A stretch of 61,376 nt of DNA, filler included. It is 2 parts of 2 records of this genome, joined end to end, with 100 filler letters (N's around TTAATTAATTAA, not from the genome) between each part and the next. Parts side by side here need not be neighbours in the genome. Positions count along the whole stretch, not along the records: positions 1 to 29,804 come from DRR723986_4247; 1 more part is not named here. One strand, written 5' to 3'. Both the position numbers and the translations under genes were made by a program. The notes under the pieces are model-generated. The model was not told where the DNA came from. It saw only the letters and a list, made by a program, of their open reading frames with translations, and ran no database searches. Below, piece after piece: positions 11,836 through 22,236 of the stretch. Positions within the stretch are counted from its first letter, which is position 1, and every line of letters starts with the position of its first letter.

Positions 11836-12288
11836 CCCCGACCTCCTGTCGTCTATCTGCCCGAATGCGATTGGCTCAACCGGCCCCGGCTTGTCCGGGA
11901 CGCAAGCCTGCTTGCCTGCACGAGCAGCCATACAGGGGCTTTTGCAGATACTCTCCCCCTAAAAAGGTCCCGGAACTCGGCCTGCGCCGCGACAACCGAG
12001 CGACCCGATCGTCTCCATTCCGCTGGGAAAGCATAGGACTGGACAGACTCAGGTTTCATTCGCCAAATCAGCTCAACATTTAGGCATCAAAATTACTGCA
12101 CACGGGGAGAGCATTTGCATTTATTTCGGTGAACCAATCGATTTTTTCACTCGAAATTAAAAATTTTTTTGAAGCTGCCGGCAAAAACCGACTAATTCAA
12201 TCTGTTGTAATTAAAGGGGTTTTGGTCAAATTTTTGACCATTCAGTCAAGCTCTGCGTAAAATGCATAGCAGATCTGCGCCCCTGCCT

Positions 12289-12317
12289 CTTGTTTACGCA
12301 GCTTGTGCACTGCATAT
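12289..12317 (+). promoter_or_regulatory. Sigma70-type promoter of the AbcR sRNA
   Basis: CTTGTT-N17-GCATAT resembles the rhizobial CTTGAC-N17-CTATAT consensus. GCAT-containing LysR-like site at 12264-12278. Confidence 0.65.
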
Positions 12318-12324
12318 AAGCATC

Positions 12325-12458
12325 ACTGTTGGTCACACGGACATCACGTCCTCCTCCCAGTGATGTTCCGACCAGCTGTTCCCCTCTGGAAGGTGATTCC
12401 ACTGTTTTCAGTGAATCAAAATAAACTGCCGGGTCTTTTAAGACCCGGCTCTTTTTTT
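12325..12458 (+). ncRNA. abcR: AbcR / alpha-r15 family Hfq-dependent small RNA
   Basis: Hairpin GGACATCAC/GTGATGTTCC exposes anti-SD motif M1 CUCCCA (12354-12359); M2 GUUCCC within GCTGTTCCCCTCTGG (12378-12383); second hairpin; terminator; lies directly downstream of lsrB. Confidence 0.9.
12428..12458 (+). terminator. Intrinsic terminator of AbcR
   Basis: GCCGGGTCT-TTTA-AGACCCGGC followed by TCTTTTTTT. Confidence 0.88.
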
Positions 12459-12503
12459 GCCCAGACCATGCTGCGACGCAGCATGACGTAATGTCACTTC
12501 ACC

Positions 12504-13466
12504 TCACATGAACAGGCGTTCGTTGCCCAGGTCCTTGTAGAGGCCGGCCACCTGCTCCTCATAGCCGTTGTAGAGAAGCGTGTTGCGGCGCTCGTCCGTT
12601 CCAAGCAGCCGCTCGGAAGACTGCGGCCAGCGGCGATGCGGCACGGACGGGTTCACGTTCGCCCAGAAGCCATATTCAGAAGACTGGATCTCCTCCCAGA
12701 AGCTGACCGGACGCTCGTCGGTGAAGGAGATCTTCACGATCGACTTGATCGACTTGAAGCCGTACTTCCACGGGACGACCAGCCGGATCGGTGCACCATA
12801 TTGCTTGGCAAGCGGCTTGCCGTAAACGCCGGTAGCGATGAAGGCGAGTTCATTGGTCGCTTCTTCCAGCGTCAGGCCCTCGACATAGGGCCAGGGATAC
12901 CAGCTCTGCTTCTGCCCGCTGGCAACCGACGGATCGAGGAAGGTTTCAAAACGCAGGTATTTTGCACCTGACTGCGGTCCGGCCAGCTTCACCAGCTCGG
13001 CAAGCGCGAATCCCGACCAGGGCACGGCCATGGACCACGCTTCGACGCATCGATGCCGGTAGAGCCGCTCTTCCAGAGGCATCTTGGCCAGAAGGTCATC
13101 GATGCCGATCTCTTGCGGATTGTCGATCATGCCATCCAGCACAACGGTCCAGGGGCGGATCTTGAGTTCCTGTGCCGCCGGCCAGATCTGCTTGTGCGTG
13201 CCGAACTCGTAGAAATTGTTGTATTTCGCCGTGAACTCTTCCGGGGTCACGTCCCTGTCGAGCGTAAAGGTCTCATTGCGCTTGACCGGATAAAGGCCCG
13301 CGCTCGGGTCTTCTTCCGCAAAAGCCGGGCGAATTCCAAGGCCCGTACCCATCAGCGCACCAGCCCCGGCAAGGCCGGCAAGGATCTGTCGGCGGTTCAT
13401 GAAAACGGCCTCCGGTGTTGCTTCCCGTTCCGGAAGCTCCCAGCTGCGTTTCTTCAGTATATTCAT
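12504..13466 (-). CDS. msrP: Periplasmic methionine-sulfoxide reductase, Mo catalytic subunit
   Basis: Tat signal NRRQIL; YNNFYEFG; RHRCVEAWSM; GAPIRLVVPWKYGFKSIKSI. Confidence 0.95.
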   Translation of the reverse strand: MNILKKRSWELPEREATPEAVFMNRRQILAGLAGAGALMGTGLGIRPAFAEEDPSAGLYPVKRNETFTLDRDVTPEEFTAKYNNFYEFGTHKQIWPAAQELKIRPWTVVLDGMIDNPQEIGIDDLLAKMPLEERLYRHRCVEAWSMAVPWSGFALAELVKLAGPQSGAKYLRFETFLDPSVASGQKQSWYPWPYVEGLTLEEATNELAFIATGVYGKPLAKQYGAPIRLVVPWKYGFKSIKSIVKISFTDERPVSFWEEIQSSEYGFWANVNPSVPHRRWPQSSERLLGTDERRNTLLYNGYEEQVAGLYKDLGNERLFM

Positions 13467-13587
13467 TGTCAGTCTCCCGTTTGTTCCGAAGGAAACCGGA
13501 ATCGGCTTTCAATGGCAAATAACGCCCTGGTGACTGAGCGCAACAACAAGGTGATCAACAGTACAGCGCTTTAATAAGGCGAACACA

Positions 13588-13613
13588 ACAGAGGGGCCAA
13601 CCGGCCCCTCTGT
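13588..13613 (-). terminator. Hairpin downstream of the EF-G-like gene
   Basis: ACAGAGGGGCC-AACC-GGCCCCTCTGT, 11-bp perfect stem. Confidence 0.65.
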
Positions 13614-13636
13614 CATCGCTTTCAGTGCTCAACCGT

Positions 13637-15700
13637 TCACGCGGCCTGTCTGCCGGACCTCTGCAAGGCAATATCCGCCGCCTTGCCGGAAAGTTCCGCC
13701 ATATGGTCGAACTCGGCGGTGTAGCTTGCAACCCCGGCGGTCGCCGAACGCAGTTCGATGATCAGGTCACCGATTTCCGCCTCCGGCATCAACGCCTGCA
13801 CCTCATCCCAGCCATTCCACTCGGGACGGGCGTCGAAGCCAAGCAATTGTCCGCGTCGTGCCGAGACGATCGCATTCACCCGCGCGGTCGCATCACTCGG
13901 GCAGGCAATCACCACCTTGTGGATCGGCTCCAGAAGCACCGGCTTGCACTCAGGCAGACCTTCCCGGATTGCAAGTATGCCGGCCATCTTGAAAGCCTGG
14001 TCGGAACTGTCCACAGAGTGATAGGAGCCGTCCGTCAGACAGACGGACACATCCACCACCGGGAAACCGAGCGGGCCTTGCCCCAACGCATCCAACACGC
14101 CGTCACGCACGGACGGGATATATTGTTTCGGCACGACACCCCCGGTAATCGTGTCTGAAAACTGGACGCCCTCGCCGCGCGGCAGCGGAGATATCTCGAT
14201 CACCACATCGCCGAACTGACCATGCCCGCCGGACTGTTTCTTGTGACGGCCACGAACCTTGGTGCCTGACCGGATCGTCTCGGCATAAGGCACGTGCGGT
14301 GTATTGGCGGCGATATCCAGACCGTATTTTCCGGCAAGCCGTTCCTGGGCAACACGCAAATGCATTTCGCCCTGCCCTGCAAGCAACGTTTCGGCCGTTG
14401 TCTGGTTTTGCGAGACGATCAGCGAGCGGTCCTCTTCAACCAGTTTCGCCAGCGCCGCGGAAAGACGGACCTCGTCCTTGCGCTGTTTGGCGGAAATCGC
14501 CGTCGCCAGAACAGGATTGCGCCGTTCAAGCACCTGAAGGCTTTCGATCTTTCCGTTTTCAAAACTCAGGAGGTCGCCCGTCTGGACATCATCGAGCCTC
14601 CCGAGCCCAACCAGATCGCCCTTGCCGGCCGTTGCGATCTTGTTCGCCTGCTGGCCGAAGACAGAAAACAGTCCGGACACCTTGATTTCGGTGTCGCCAT
14701 TGAGGAACAGGGTATCACCGTCGGAGACCACGCCTTCCAGAACGCGGGCAATCGACTGCTTGCCGCCGTGCTGGGTGTGCAGCGTCTTGACGACCTGCAG
14801 CATCGCGCGCGACGTCGTGCCAAGCACCCGGCGCGACAGCAGGTCTACACCTGGAACCTCGTGGCGCAAGGCCTTCAGCAGCCGGCTGACACCGTTGCCG
14901 TGTTCTGCGGAGCCGAAGAAAACCGGACAGATGAGACCGTCCTGCATTTCGTTCACCAGATCGGCGAACACCTGATCGCGATTGGGGGCGATATCCTCGA
15001 GCAACGCCTCCATCAGATCGTCATCGTGGTCGGCCAGGTGTTCCAGCATGGTGAAACGGGCTTCGTGCTCGCGCGCGAGATCCGCATCGGACATGTCAAT
15101 CTGCGTGCTTTCCTCCTTCTCGTGATAGACATGCGCCCGCTCCAGCGCGAGATCGATGAAACCCGTCGCCAGGCCGTCTTCCCAGATCGGGATCTGTCGC
15201 AGTACCAGCGGCACCGCGGATGCCGGTTGCAGCACGCTCAGGACATCGCGTACCCGCCGCGTGCTCTTGTCGATCTTGTTTAAAAACAAAACCCGCGGAA
15301 TGGCGCGGGCTTCAAGGGCTTTCAGGATCAGCTGCAGGGCTGGAACCTTGCGCTCGTCGTCCTCCGCCACCACAACGGCCAGATCTACTCCCGAAAGCGC
15401 CCCGTCCATTTCGCTCAGGAACTCCACGGATCCAGGGCAGTCGACGAACACGAAGCGATCTCCCAGGAATTCCGCGTCCGCAATGTTCAGTTCCACACTC
15501 ATGCCGTGGGCACGCGCTTCAGGCGAAGCGTCACCCACCGTATTTCCGTTCGCGACGGAACCTTGCCGGGCCACCTTGTCCGTTCGCGCCAGCAAGGCTT
15601 CCAGAAGACTGGTCTTGCCGCTGCCGAACGGACCCACTAGGGCGATACAGCGCGGAGCGCTGCCCGCAGCAGATCCTTTTCCGTTTGAAGTGATTGCCAT
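13637..15700 (-). CDS. Elongation factor G paralogue (EF-G2 type)
   Basis: GPFGSGKTS, DCPG, NKID, GQGEMHL, KKQSGGHGQFG, DGSYHSVDSS; outside the str operon; GGAGG RBS before MAITS. Confidence 0.92.
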   Translation of the reverse strand: MAITSNGKGSAAGSAPRCIALVGPFGSGKTSLLEALLARTDKVARQGSVANGNTVGDASPEARAHGMSVELNIADAEFLGDRFVFVDCPGSVEFLSEMDGALSGVDLAVVVAEDDERKVPALQLILKALEARAIPRVLFLNKIDKSTRRVRDVLSVLQPASAVPLVLRQIPIWEDGLATGFIDLALERAHVYHEKEESTQIDMSDADLAREHEARFTMLEHLADHDDDLMEALLEDIAPNRDQVFADLVNEMQDGLICPVFFGSAEHGNGVSRLLKALRHEVPGVDLLSRRVLGTTSRAMLQVVKTLHTQHGGKQSIARVLEGVVSDGDTLFLNGDTEIKVSGLFSVFGQQANKIATAGKGDLVGLGRLDDVQTGDLLSFENGKIESLQVLERRNPVLATAISAKQRKDEVRLSAALAKLVEEDRSLIVSQNQTTAETLLAGQGEMHLRVAQERLAGKYGLDIAANTPHVPYAETIRSGTKVRGRHKKQSGGHGQFGDVVIEISPLPRGEGVQFSDTITGGVVPKQYIPSVRDGVLDALGQGPLGFPVVDVSVCLTDGSYHSVDSSDQAFKMAGILAIREGLPECKPVLLEPIHKVVIACPSDATARVNAIVSARRGQLLGFDARPEWNGWDEVQALMPEAEIGDLIIELRSATAGVASYTAEFDHMAELSGKAADIALQRSGRQAA

Positions 15701-16200
15701 GCTGAGCCTCCCGTTAGTTCGAGGATATCTCGTAACAACGCGGCAGGGCCGGCTGGGGGACGCGGCCTGCCGCGTCTCGCCCGGATGGGATCGAAGGCCT
15801 TTTGCCCGGTGCTCAACAGCACCAAGCCCCAAACTGCGGCCGATCGACCAGGGGCGGTCAGCCATCGTCGCGCCGATATCGGCGGCAACGCAAGGGAATC
15901 TTACGCGGCAGCGCAGCAATTTGCCTCTGTATCAGCTCAGTCTCCAGGCCGATGAGAGTTCGACAAAAGTGCACAAAAATCCAAAACACCGCCGATCCCA
16001 GAGGCTTACAAAGGCTCTCCCGACCGAGATCTCCAGGCCTGCAAGCGGTGGAGAAAATTTGAGCTGAAGACTGAAAAAAGTCCCGCCTTCAGATCTTCCC
16101 AAGACGGTGCCTTTGCCCTGCCGGAATTGGCAGATAGTGAAATTGAGGCGCGGAGGCCTATGTAACCAACTTGAACCGGCCTCGGGCAAAAGGAGCACGC

Positions 16201-16494
16201 GTGACCAAGACCCTGATACTCTGTTCAGCCCTGCTTGCTGCCACGTCGGCAATTCCGGCGCATGCGCAGTCGACCCAGCTGCGCAGTCCTCCCATGATGA
16301 CCTCGCCGCGGCTGCCTTCTGCCGGTCAGCAGCTGAACCAGAACCTCAACCGCCAACAGTCCGGTTTCTCCACCCGCCAACAGATTGACGGCGCGGAGCG
16401 TCTGAACCGCACCGAGCAGATCAACCGGCAGAACACCCGGCCGGACAAGGAAGAAACTCCCTGTGCCGGCGCGAACGAAAGCTGCCGCGACTAA
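16201..16494 (+). CDS. Small secreted Gln/Asn/Arg-rich hypothetical protein
   Basis: AAGGAG RBS and GTG start; signal peptide ending AHA; C-terminal Cys pair. Confidence 0.65.
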   Translation: MTKTLILCSALLAATSAIPAHAQSTQLRSPPMMTSPRLPSAGQQLNQNLNRQQSGFSTRQQIDGAERLNRTEQINRQNTRPDKEETPCAGANESCRD

Positions 16495-16528
16495 AGCGGA
16501 GAAACAGCACAGTGGCAGCCGCTGAGGC

Positions 16529-17008
16529 TTAGTTGATCAGTTCCAGCGTCATCTTGCTGACACCCAGTGTCAGGTTCGTGCCTGTCTGGCTTTCCAGGCT
16601 GAAAGGGTTGAGCGCGATGGACCGGTCGAAACCACCCAGCAGTGCGTTCGCCTTGATCCCCGCACCAACACTTGCCCCGGCGGTCAGCCCGCCGTAGGTG
16701 CCTGCCAAAAGGCCCGGCTTCCGGTTTGCGGAAGGTGCGAGCACGCCCCAGACCAGCGTGGCCTGGTTGGTCTTGCCGATATCCAGCCCATAATCGCGGA
16801 CGGTCCCCTTGTAGTTTTCCACCGCTCCGCCGTCGACCGGTGAAAAGCTGCATCCGAGTGTTGCTGTAGAGCCAACAATGAAACTGTGCTCGCCTTCCAC
16901 CAGGCAGCTCAGTTTGCCGATTTCAACCTTTGGGCTGTCTTCGGAGGCAAGGGCCGGCATGGCAAACACAATGGCCACGGCGGCAAGAACCGGTTTCAAA
17001 ATACGCAT
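16529..17008 (-). CDS. DUF992 domain secreted protein
   Basis: Signal peptide; GLDIGKT..LVWGVLAP, LAGTYGG, NALLGG..SIALNP. Confidence 0.88.
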   Translation of the reverse strand: MRILKPVLAAVAIVFAMPALASEDSPKVEIGKLSCLVEGEHSFIVGSTATLGCSFSPVDGGAVENYKGTVRDYGLDIGKTNQATLVWGVLAPSANRKPGLLAGTYGGLTAGASVGAGIKANALLGGFDRSIALNPFSLESQTGTNLTLGVSKMTLELIN

Positions 17009-17114
17009 GTAGAGAACTCCCGTTCGGCTGCGAATATCCGCTTTTAGCAAAGGCGCGGATCACGCCCGTGATATGACGCGCCAAGACGTCAAAATCGCGG
17101 CAATGGCAACAGGG

Positions 17115-17717
17115 TCAGGTGTAACCGTCGGTAGTGTCGGTACCGCCCGCCAGAGCTGGGGCAAGCACACCAGCATTCGACGACCTGTCCGATACACGGG
17201 CAAGCAGAAACCGGCGACCGGCAATCAGAAGGGTCAAGGTGACGATCACCGGAAGAATGCTGTTTTCCGGCGCCTGGAACGCCCAGACCGTTCCAGCCAG
17301 TGATACGGCAAGCATCAGAAACGATAGTCGGTACTGCGTTGATCTGGGCAAGTTGGGGACACCGGCAAATCCACCGCGTGAGAACAGGGTCAAGAGCGCG
17401 CCAGTAAGCGTCACGGTCAACAAAACGGCGCTGTACGAATAGCCTGTCAGGAATGCTGCCAGAGTGCCGTCACCAAACCGATACAGGCCGACCAGAAGCG
17501 GTGTCACCAGCAGGATATGCAGATTGATACCGAGCAATACGGGGTGCATGGGCGCCTTGACCAGCACAAAGCCGGCAAGAACGAAAACCGCAAGACCGCA
17601 ACCACTCCAGCCTGCAAGCTCCAGATCACCCGTCTGTCGCCAGAGCACAATGAAGACAATCGACGGCAGGCTTTCAAACAGATCAAGAAGCAGTTGTTTT
17701 TGATGTGAATTTGCCAT
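17115..17717 (-). CDS. Hypothetical multi-pass membrane protein
   Basis: About 6 hydrophobic helices; GGAGG RBS. Confidence 0.7.
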   Translation of the reverse strand: MANSHQKQLLLDLFESLPSIVFIVLWRQTGDLELAGWSGCGLAVFVLAGFVLVKAPMHPVLLGINLHILLVTPLLVGLYRFGDGTLAAFLTGYSYSAVLLTVTLTGALLTLFSRGGFAGVPNLPRSTQYRLSFLMLAVSLAGTVWAFQAPENSILPVIVTLTLLIAGRRFLLARVSDRSSNAGVLAPALAGGTDTTDGYT

Positions 17718-17810
17718 CGCTCGCCCTCCACCTGACGGGGAAAGGCTAGAGCGTTCGAACTGTGCTGTAAACCGCGCATTCCTCAACCGGAAAATGCAGC
17801 CCACAACAGG

Positions 17811-17832
17811 AAAGGGCGGCCGTCGGCCGCCC
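17811..17832 (-). terminator. Terminator of the aspartate aminotransferase gene
   Basis: GGGCGGCC-GTC-GGCCGCCC stem followed by TTT on the minus strand. Confidence 0.6.
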
Positions 17833-17861
17833 ATTCGAAAGTCTTTCGATGTTCGAAAAGC

Positions 17862-19085
<1,224 letters not shown>

Positions 19086-19165
19086 TTAACAGCGCGCGGA
19101 CCCTAGATCCGTGCGCTGCGGAAAACAAGACCAAATCCGGAGAAGAACGGGAGTTTTCAGGCCGC

Positions 19166-19873
19166 TTACGCCAGTTTGCCGGCGTATCTTTCAATCACCC
19201 CGGCATCCAGCGGTCCGCCATGGCCGAGATAGAAGCGTTTTGCCCCCTTGGACAGCAGAAATTTCAGCGAACGGCCGACCTGAAGCGGGTCTTCTTCGAA
19301 GGGAGGCGGCTTGGGCCGACCCTTCAGCGCGATTCCGCCCAAAAGAATGCCGGACGCCGCCAGATCCCCCGCGAGGACAGCACCATCGTCAAGCAGTAGC
19401 GACAGCGATCCGGGCGTGTGGCCTGGCGTCGGCATGATGACACCTTGCACGCCATAGGCTGTCAGATCCAGTGTCTGGTCCCCTGACAGAAGAATGTCCG
19501 GCTCCACCTTCGCAAACGGCCGTTCGATCGCGCCTGAAAGCTTGAACAGCCGACCGAAGAACCCCGAAGGCTTCAGGATGGGAGCCTGGCCCCGGCAATA
19601 GGGTAAATCACCTTCATGCAGCACGATTGGCGCGCCCGACAGTTTCTGAAGACGCCTGGCGCTGCCCGCATGGTCGATATGGCCGTGGGTCACCACGATC
19701 AGCTTCAGATCGGCAAGGCAAAGCCCGACCTTCGCCAGCACCTTCTCTATCTTGGTCTCACTGCCTGGCAACCCGGTGTCCACAAGCACGGCACCACCGG
19801 CAAAGGTCAGCAGAAACGCGTTGACCATGCCGAATGGCAGGATCGGGATAGTGTGGATCTGGATCTCGGACAT
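19166..19873 (-). CDS. MBL-fold metallo-hydrolase
   Basis: VDTG, THGHIDHAG, TPGHTPGS, LAGD, GHG. Confidence 0.88.
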   Translation of the reverse strand: MSEIQIHTIPILPFGMVNAFLLTFAGGAVLVDTGLPGSETKIEKVLAKVGLCLADLKLIVVTHGHIDHAGSARRLQKLSGAPIVLHEGDLPYCRGQAPILKPSGFFGRLFKLSGAIERPFAKVEPDILLSGDQTLDLTAYGVQGVIMPTPGHTPGSLSLLLDDGAVLAGDLAASGILLGGIALKGRPKPPPFEEDPLQVGRSLKFLLSKGAKRFYLGHGGPLDAGVIERYAGKLA

Positions 19874-20001
19874 GTTTGCCGCCGTTCTCTTCCTGGTGAT
19901 AGGTTGGCTCTTCACCTAGGCGGACGCGGAAACACGTTCAATTAGGCACCTTTTGGTAACCCGGACGGGCCATTGGCTCCGGCGAACCGGTGGAGACGGA
20001 C

Positions 20002-20361
20002 ATGAGCGAACCGATCGCATCCCTCTGGCGCCTGCCTGGCACGCAGGACTGTCCCGTTGCCGACACGCTGAAAAGCATCGGCGGCAAACACACCCCAAGG
20101 GTTCTGCATTGCCTGACCGCTAAGGATCATCATTTTCTGGAACTACAGCGGACACTGAAACCGATCAGCCGCAAGGTGCTGACCCAGGAACTGCGCCACC
20201 TGGAAGAGATTGGACTGGTCGCTCGTACCGAACTGGACGACGCCCACCGCCGCGTCCGCTATGCCCTCACACCGAAAGGCCGGAGCCTGACCGAAATCCT
20301 TGGACAGGTTTACCTTTGGGCCGTGGAACACCACAGCAGTGACGCAGCATCAGCGGCGTAA
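20002..20361 (+). CDS. HxlR family winged-helix regulator, divergent from the MBL hydrolase
   Basis: CPVADTLKSIGGK, ISRKVLTQELRHLE, VRYALTPKG. Confidence 0.9.
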   Translation: MSEPIASLWRLPGTQDCPVADTLKSIGGKHTPRVLHCLTAKDHHFLELQRTLKPISRKVLTQELRHLEEIGLVARTELDDAHRRVRYALTPKGRSLTEILGQVYLWAVEHHSSDAASAA

Positions 20362-20397
20362 AAGTACTGTTTCAGTCGCTCTCAGTGGCGGGCGCAA

Positions 20398-21528
20398 TTA
20401 GCTTCTCGTTTCAAGGATCAGCTTCGGATCGTCCTTGTCCTCATCGATGATCGTGCACTTGAAGCGCTTTTTCTTGGTCTGGCCATTGAGAACCGTCACC
20501 GGCACCGACAGGGGAACTTCCGAGGCGTCTTTGGCAGAGGTCAACAGGGACGCATAATTGCTCGGGTGAAGCAGCATCTCGGTGATCGGACGGCTGTCGA
20601 GGACGTCCGATGTCAGATGGTAGGTCTTCATCGCTGCGTTGTTCGCCGCGATGATGATCTTTGACTTGATGTTGACCACCAGGATCGGCGCGCTGCACGC
20701 TTCGAAGACCCTGGCAAAGTCGACATCACCGCCGGCATGGCCGGCTGAAAACAGCACCCCGCCCACCGTGCCGCCGACACGGAAATACATGGCGTCATAT
20801 TTCAGTTCGACGCTGTCGTTGGACGCCAGCAGGAACTTGCCACGCCCGGTCGCACTGGCCCGGCGCGTCAATGCCGCAAGCGTCAGGGAGACGATCGTTC
20901 GCCCGACCCGGTTCTGGATATGGGCAATGTTGCGCCCCAGGATCAGGCGAGCATCCTCGATTTGGAAGCTCTTGAGGAAACCGTCGCTGGCAAAGCGCAC
21001 GTAGCCGAAATTGTCGACCAGCAGCACAACGCGGGTGGAGGACGCGACGAAATGCTGGAGGATCGGCGCCAGTCCCAGTACGACCCGGCCCGGATTATTG
21101 TCATTCTCACCGATAGAGGGGAAGCAGATCGCAAGGATCTTGCCGTCCGGCAACTCGTAACGATAGGCAACGATCGGAATGCCCGGGATACGGTGGTCCG
21201 GCCCGCCGCCGACGTCGAACGGCCCGGCCTGGCCTTCCCGGATCGCACCCTGGACCAGCCGGAGAATTGTCTTCCGATCCTCTGGCGACAGGTGGCGCAG
21301 TGCCTCGTTGGAGGGCGCCTCCTGCAGATCCCGCACTTCGCTATTGAAACTCTGGGAACCGACCTCGTGCCAGAGAATGGTCTTCTTGCTGATATCGGCA
21401 ATGAAAAACTGGATACCCGCCAGCGACAAGGCCGGCGGCTCCCCGGCCTTCTGGACCGATGGTTCTGTCGACGTTACTGGGTCTGTCGGCTTGCCCACCG
21501 TGGCGCTCTGCGCAGCGTTTATCGTCAT
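20398..21528 (-). CDS. PAS-domain protein with no recognisable output domain
   Basis: PAS-like segments VLLVDNFGYVRFASDGF and PILVVNIKSKIIIAANNAA; no H-box, GGDEF or HTH. Confidence 0.65.
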   Translation of the reverse strand: MTINAAQSATVGKPTDPVTSTEPSVQKAGEPPALSLAGIQFFIADISKKTILWHEVGSQSFNSEVRDLQEAPSNEALRHLSPEDRKTILRLVQGAIREGQAGPFDVGGGPDHRIPGIPIVAYRYELPDGKILAICFPSIGENDNNPGRVVLGLAPILQHFVASSTRVVLLVDNFGYVRFASDGFLKSFQIEDARLILGRNIAHIQNRVGRTIVSLTLAALTRRASATGRGKFLLASNDSVELKYDAMYFRVGGTVGGVLFSAGHAGGDVDFARVFEACSAPILVVNIKSKIIIAANNAAMKTYHLTSDVLDSRPITEMLLHPSNYASLLTSAKDASEVPLSVPVTVLNGQTKKKRFKCTIIDEDKDDPKLILETRS

Positions 21529-21968
21529 TCCATGCCTGGTCTGTTTGTATCGGATGTCCCGGCGAGCAAGCATGCTTCCGAAATGCAAACAAACACTAAA
21601 ATCGCATCGTAAAATATCTGGGTTATGTCAGTTTTTACAGTAATTAAACAACGCAATACGTTTTTATAAGAAGTTGTATTGTCAATTTTACGAAAGCTTA
21701 ACTGGCCGGTTTCAGACCCCGGAACCACAGCCTTCCACCTTCGCACATCAAGACTGCCGGAATGGAAAACAGAACCGTCGCCCCCCCTGAATGCAGCGCC
21801 ATTCGGAGCACGGACACTACCTATTGTGCCGCCTTGCCAAGGCGGCAGCAAATAGATCGAATTTGCCGCAAAATAGTCACGAAAACACACGGCGCATGTC
21901 TAAATCGCGTCCGCGTGCCGGCGCAATTTCAAACGAGATTGAACTCATCCCAGCGGATGGAGGAGCCA

Positions 21969-22193
21969 ATGGCCCACGCAACGACCGTACAGGCGACCAT
22001 CAAGTCGCAGAACGTAAGCTTCCCACCGGTTTTGCTGTTCATAGTGGCAGCAGGCCTGTTGATGTTGATGTCCGCACTGGAGCCGTCACTGGTGCTGCCG
22101 ATGGTCGCTTTCCTGACCATGGCTGCCGTTACCCGTCTGCTGGCCCGCCGACTGTTTCAGGACCTGACCGGCGTTCAAGCGCAGGCAGACTGA
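21969..22193 (+). CDS. Small membrane protein (2 TM)
   Basis: GGAGGAG RBS; two hydrophobic helices. Confidence 0.6.
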   Translation: MAHATTVQATIKSQNVSFPPVLLFIVAAGLLMLMSALEPSLVLPMVAFLTMAAVTRLLARRLFQDLTGVQAQAD

Positions 22194-22236
22194 CAGAAAC
22201 CGAAGTACAACCGCTCGAACCTGACTGATCTTCACC

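Noticed and set aside
12467-12485. Palindrome CATGCTGC-GAC-GCAGCATG resembling a PhaR-type CTGC-N3-GCAG site
   Set aside because: It lies between two convergent 3' ends with no promoter to control; more likely a 3' hairpin of msrP.
15701-15919. 73-aa N-terminal extension of the EF-G-like ORF in the track
   Set aside because: A GGAGG RBS precedes the ATG at 15700 and the extension is not protein-like.
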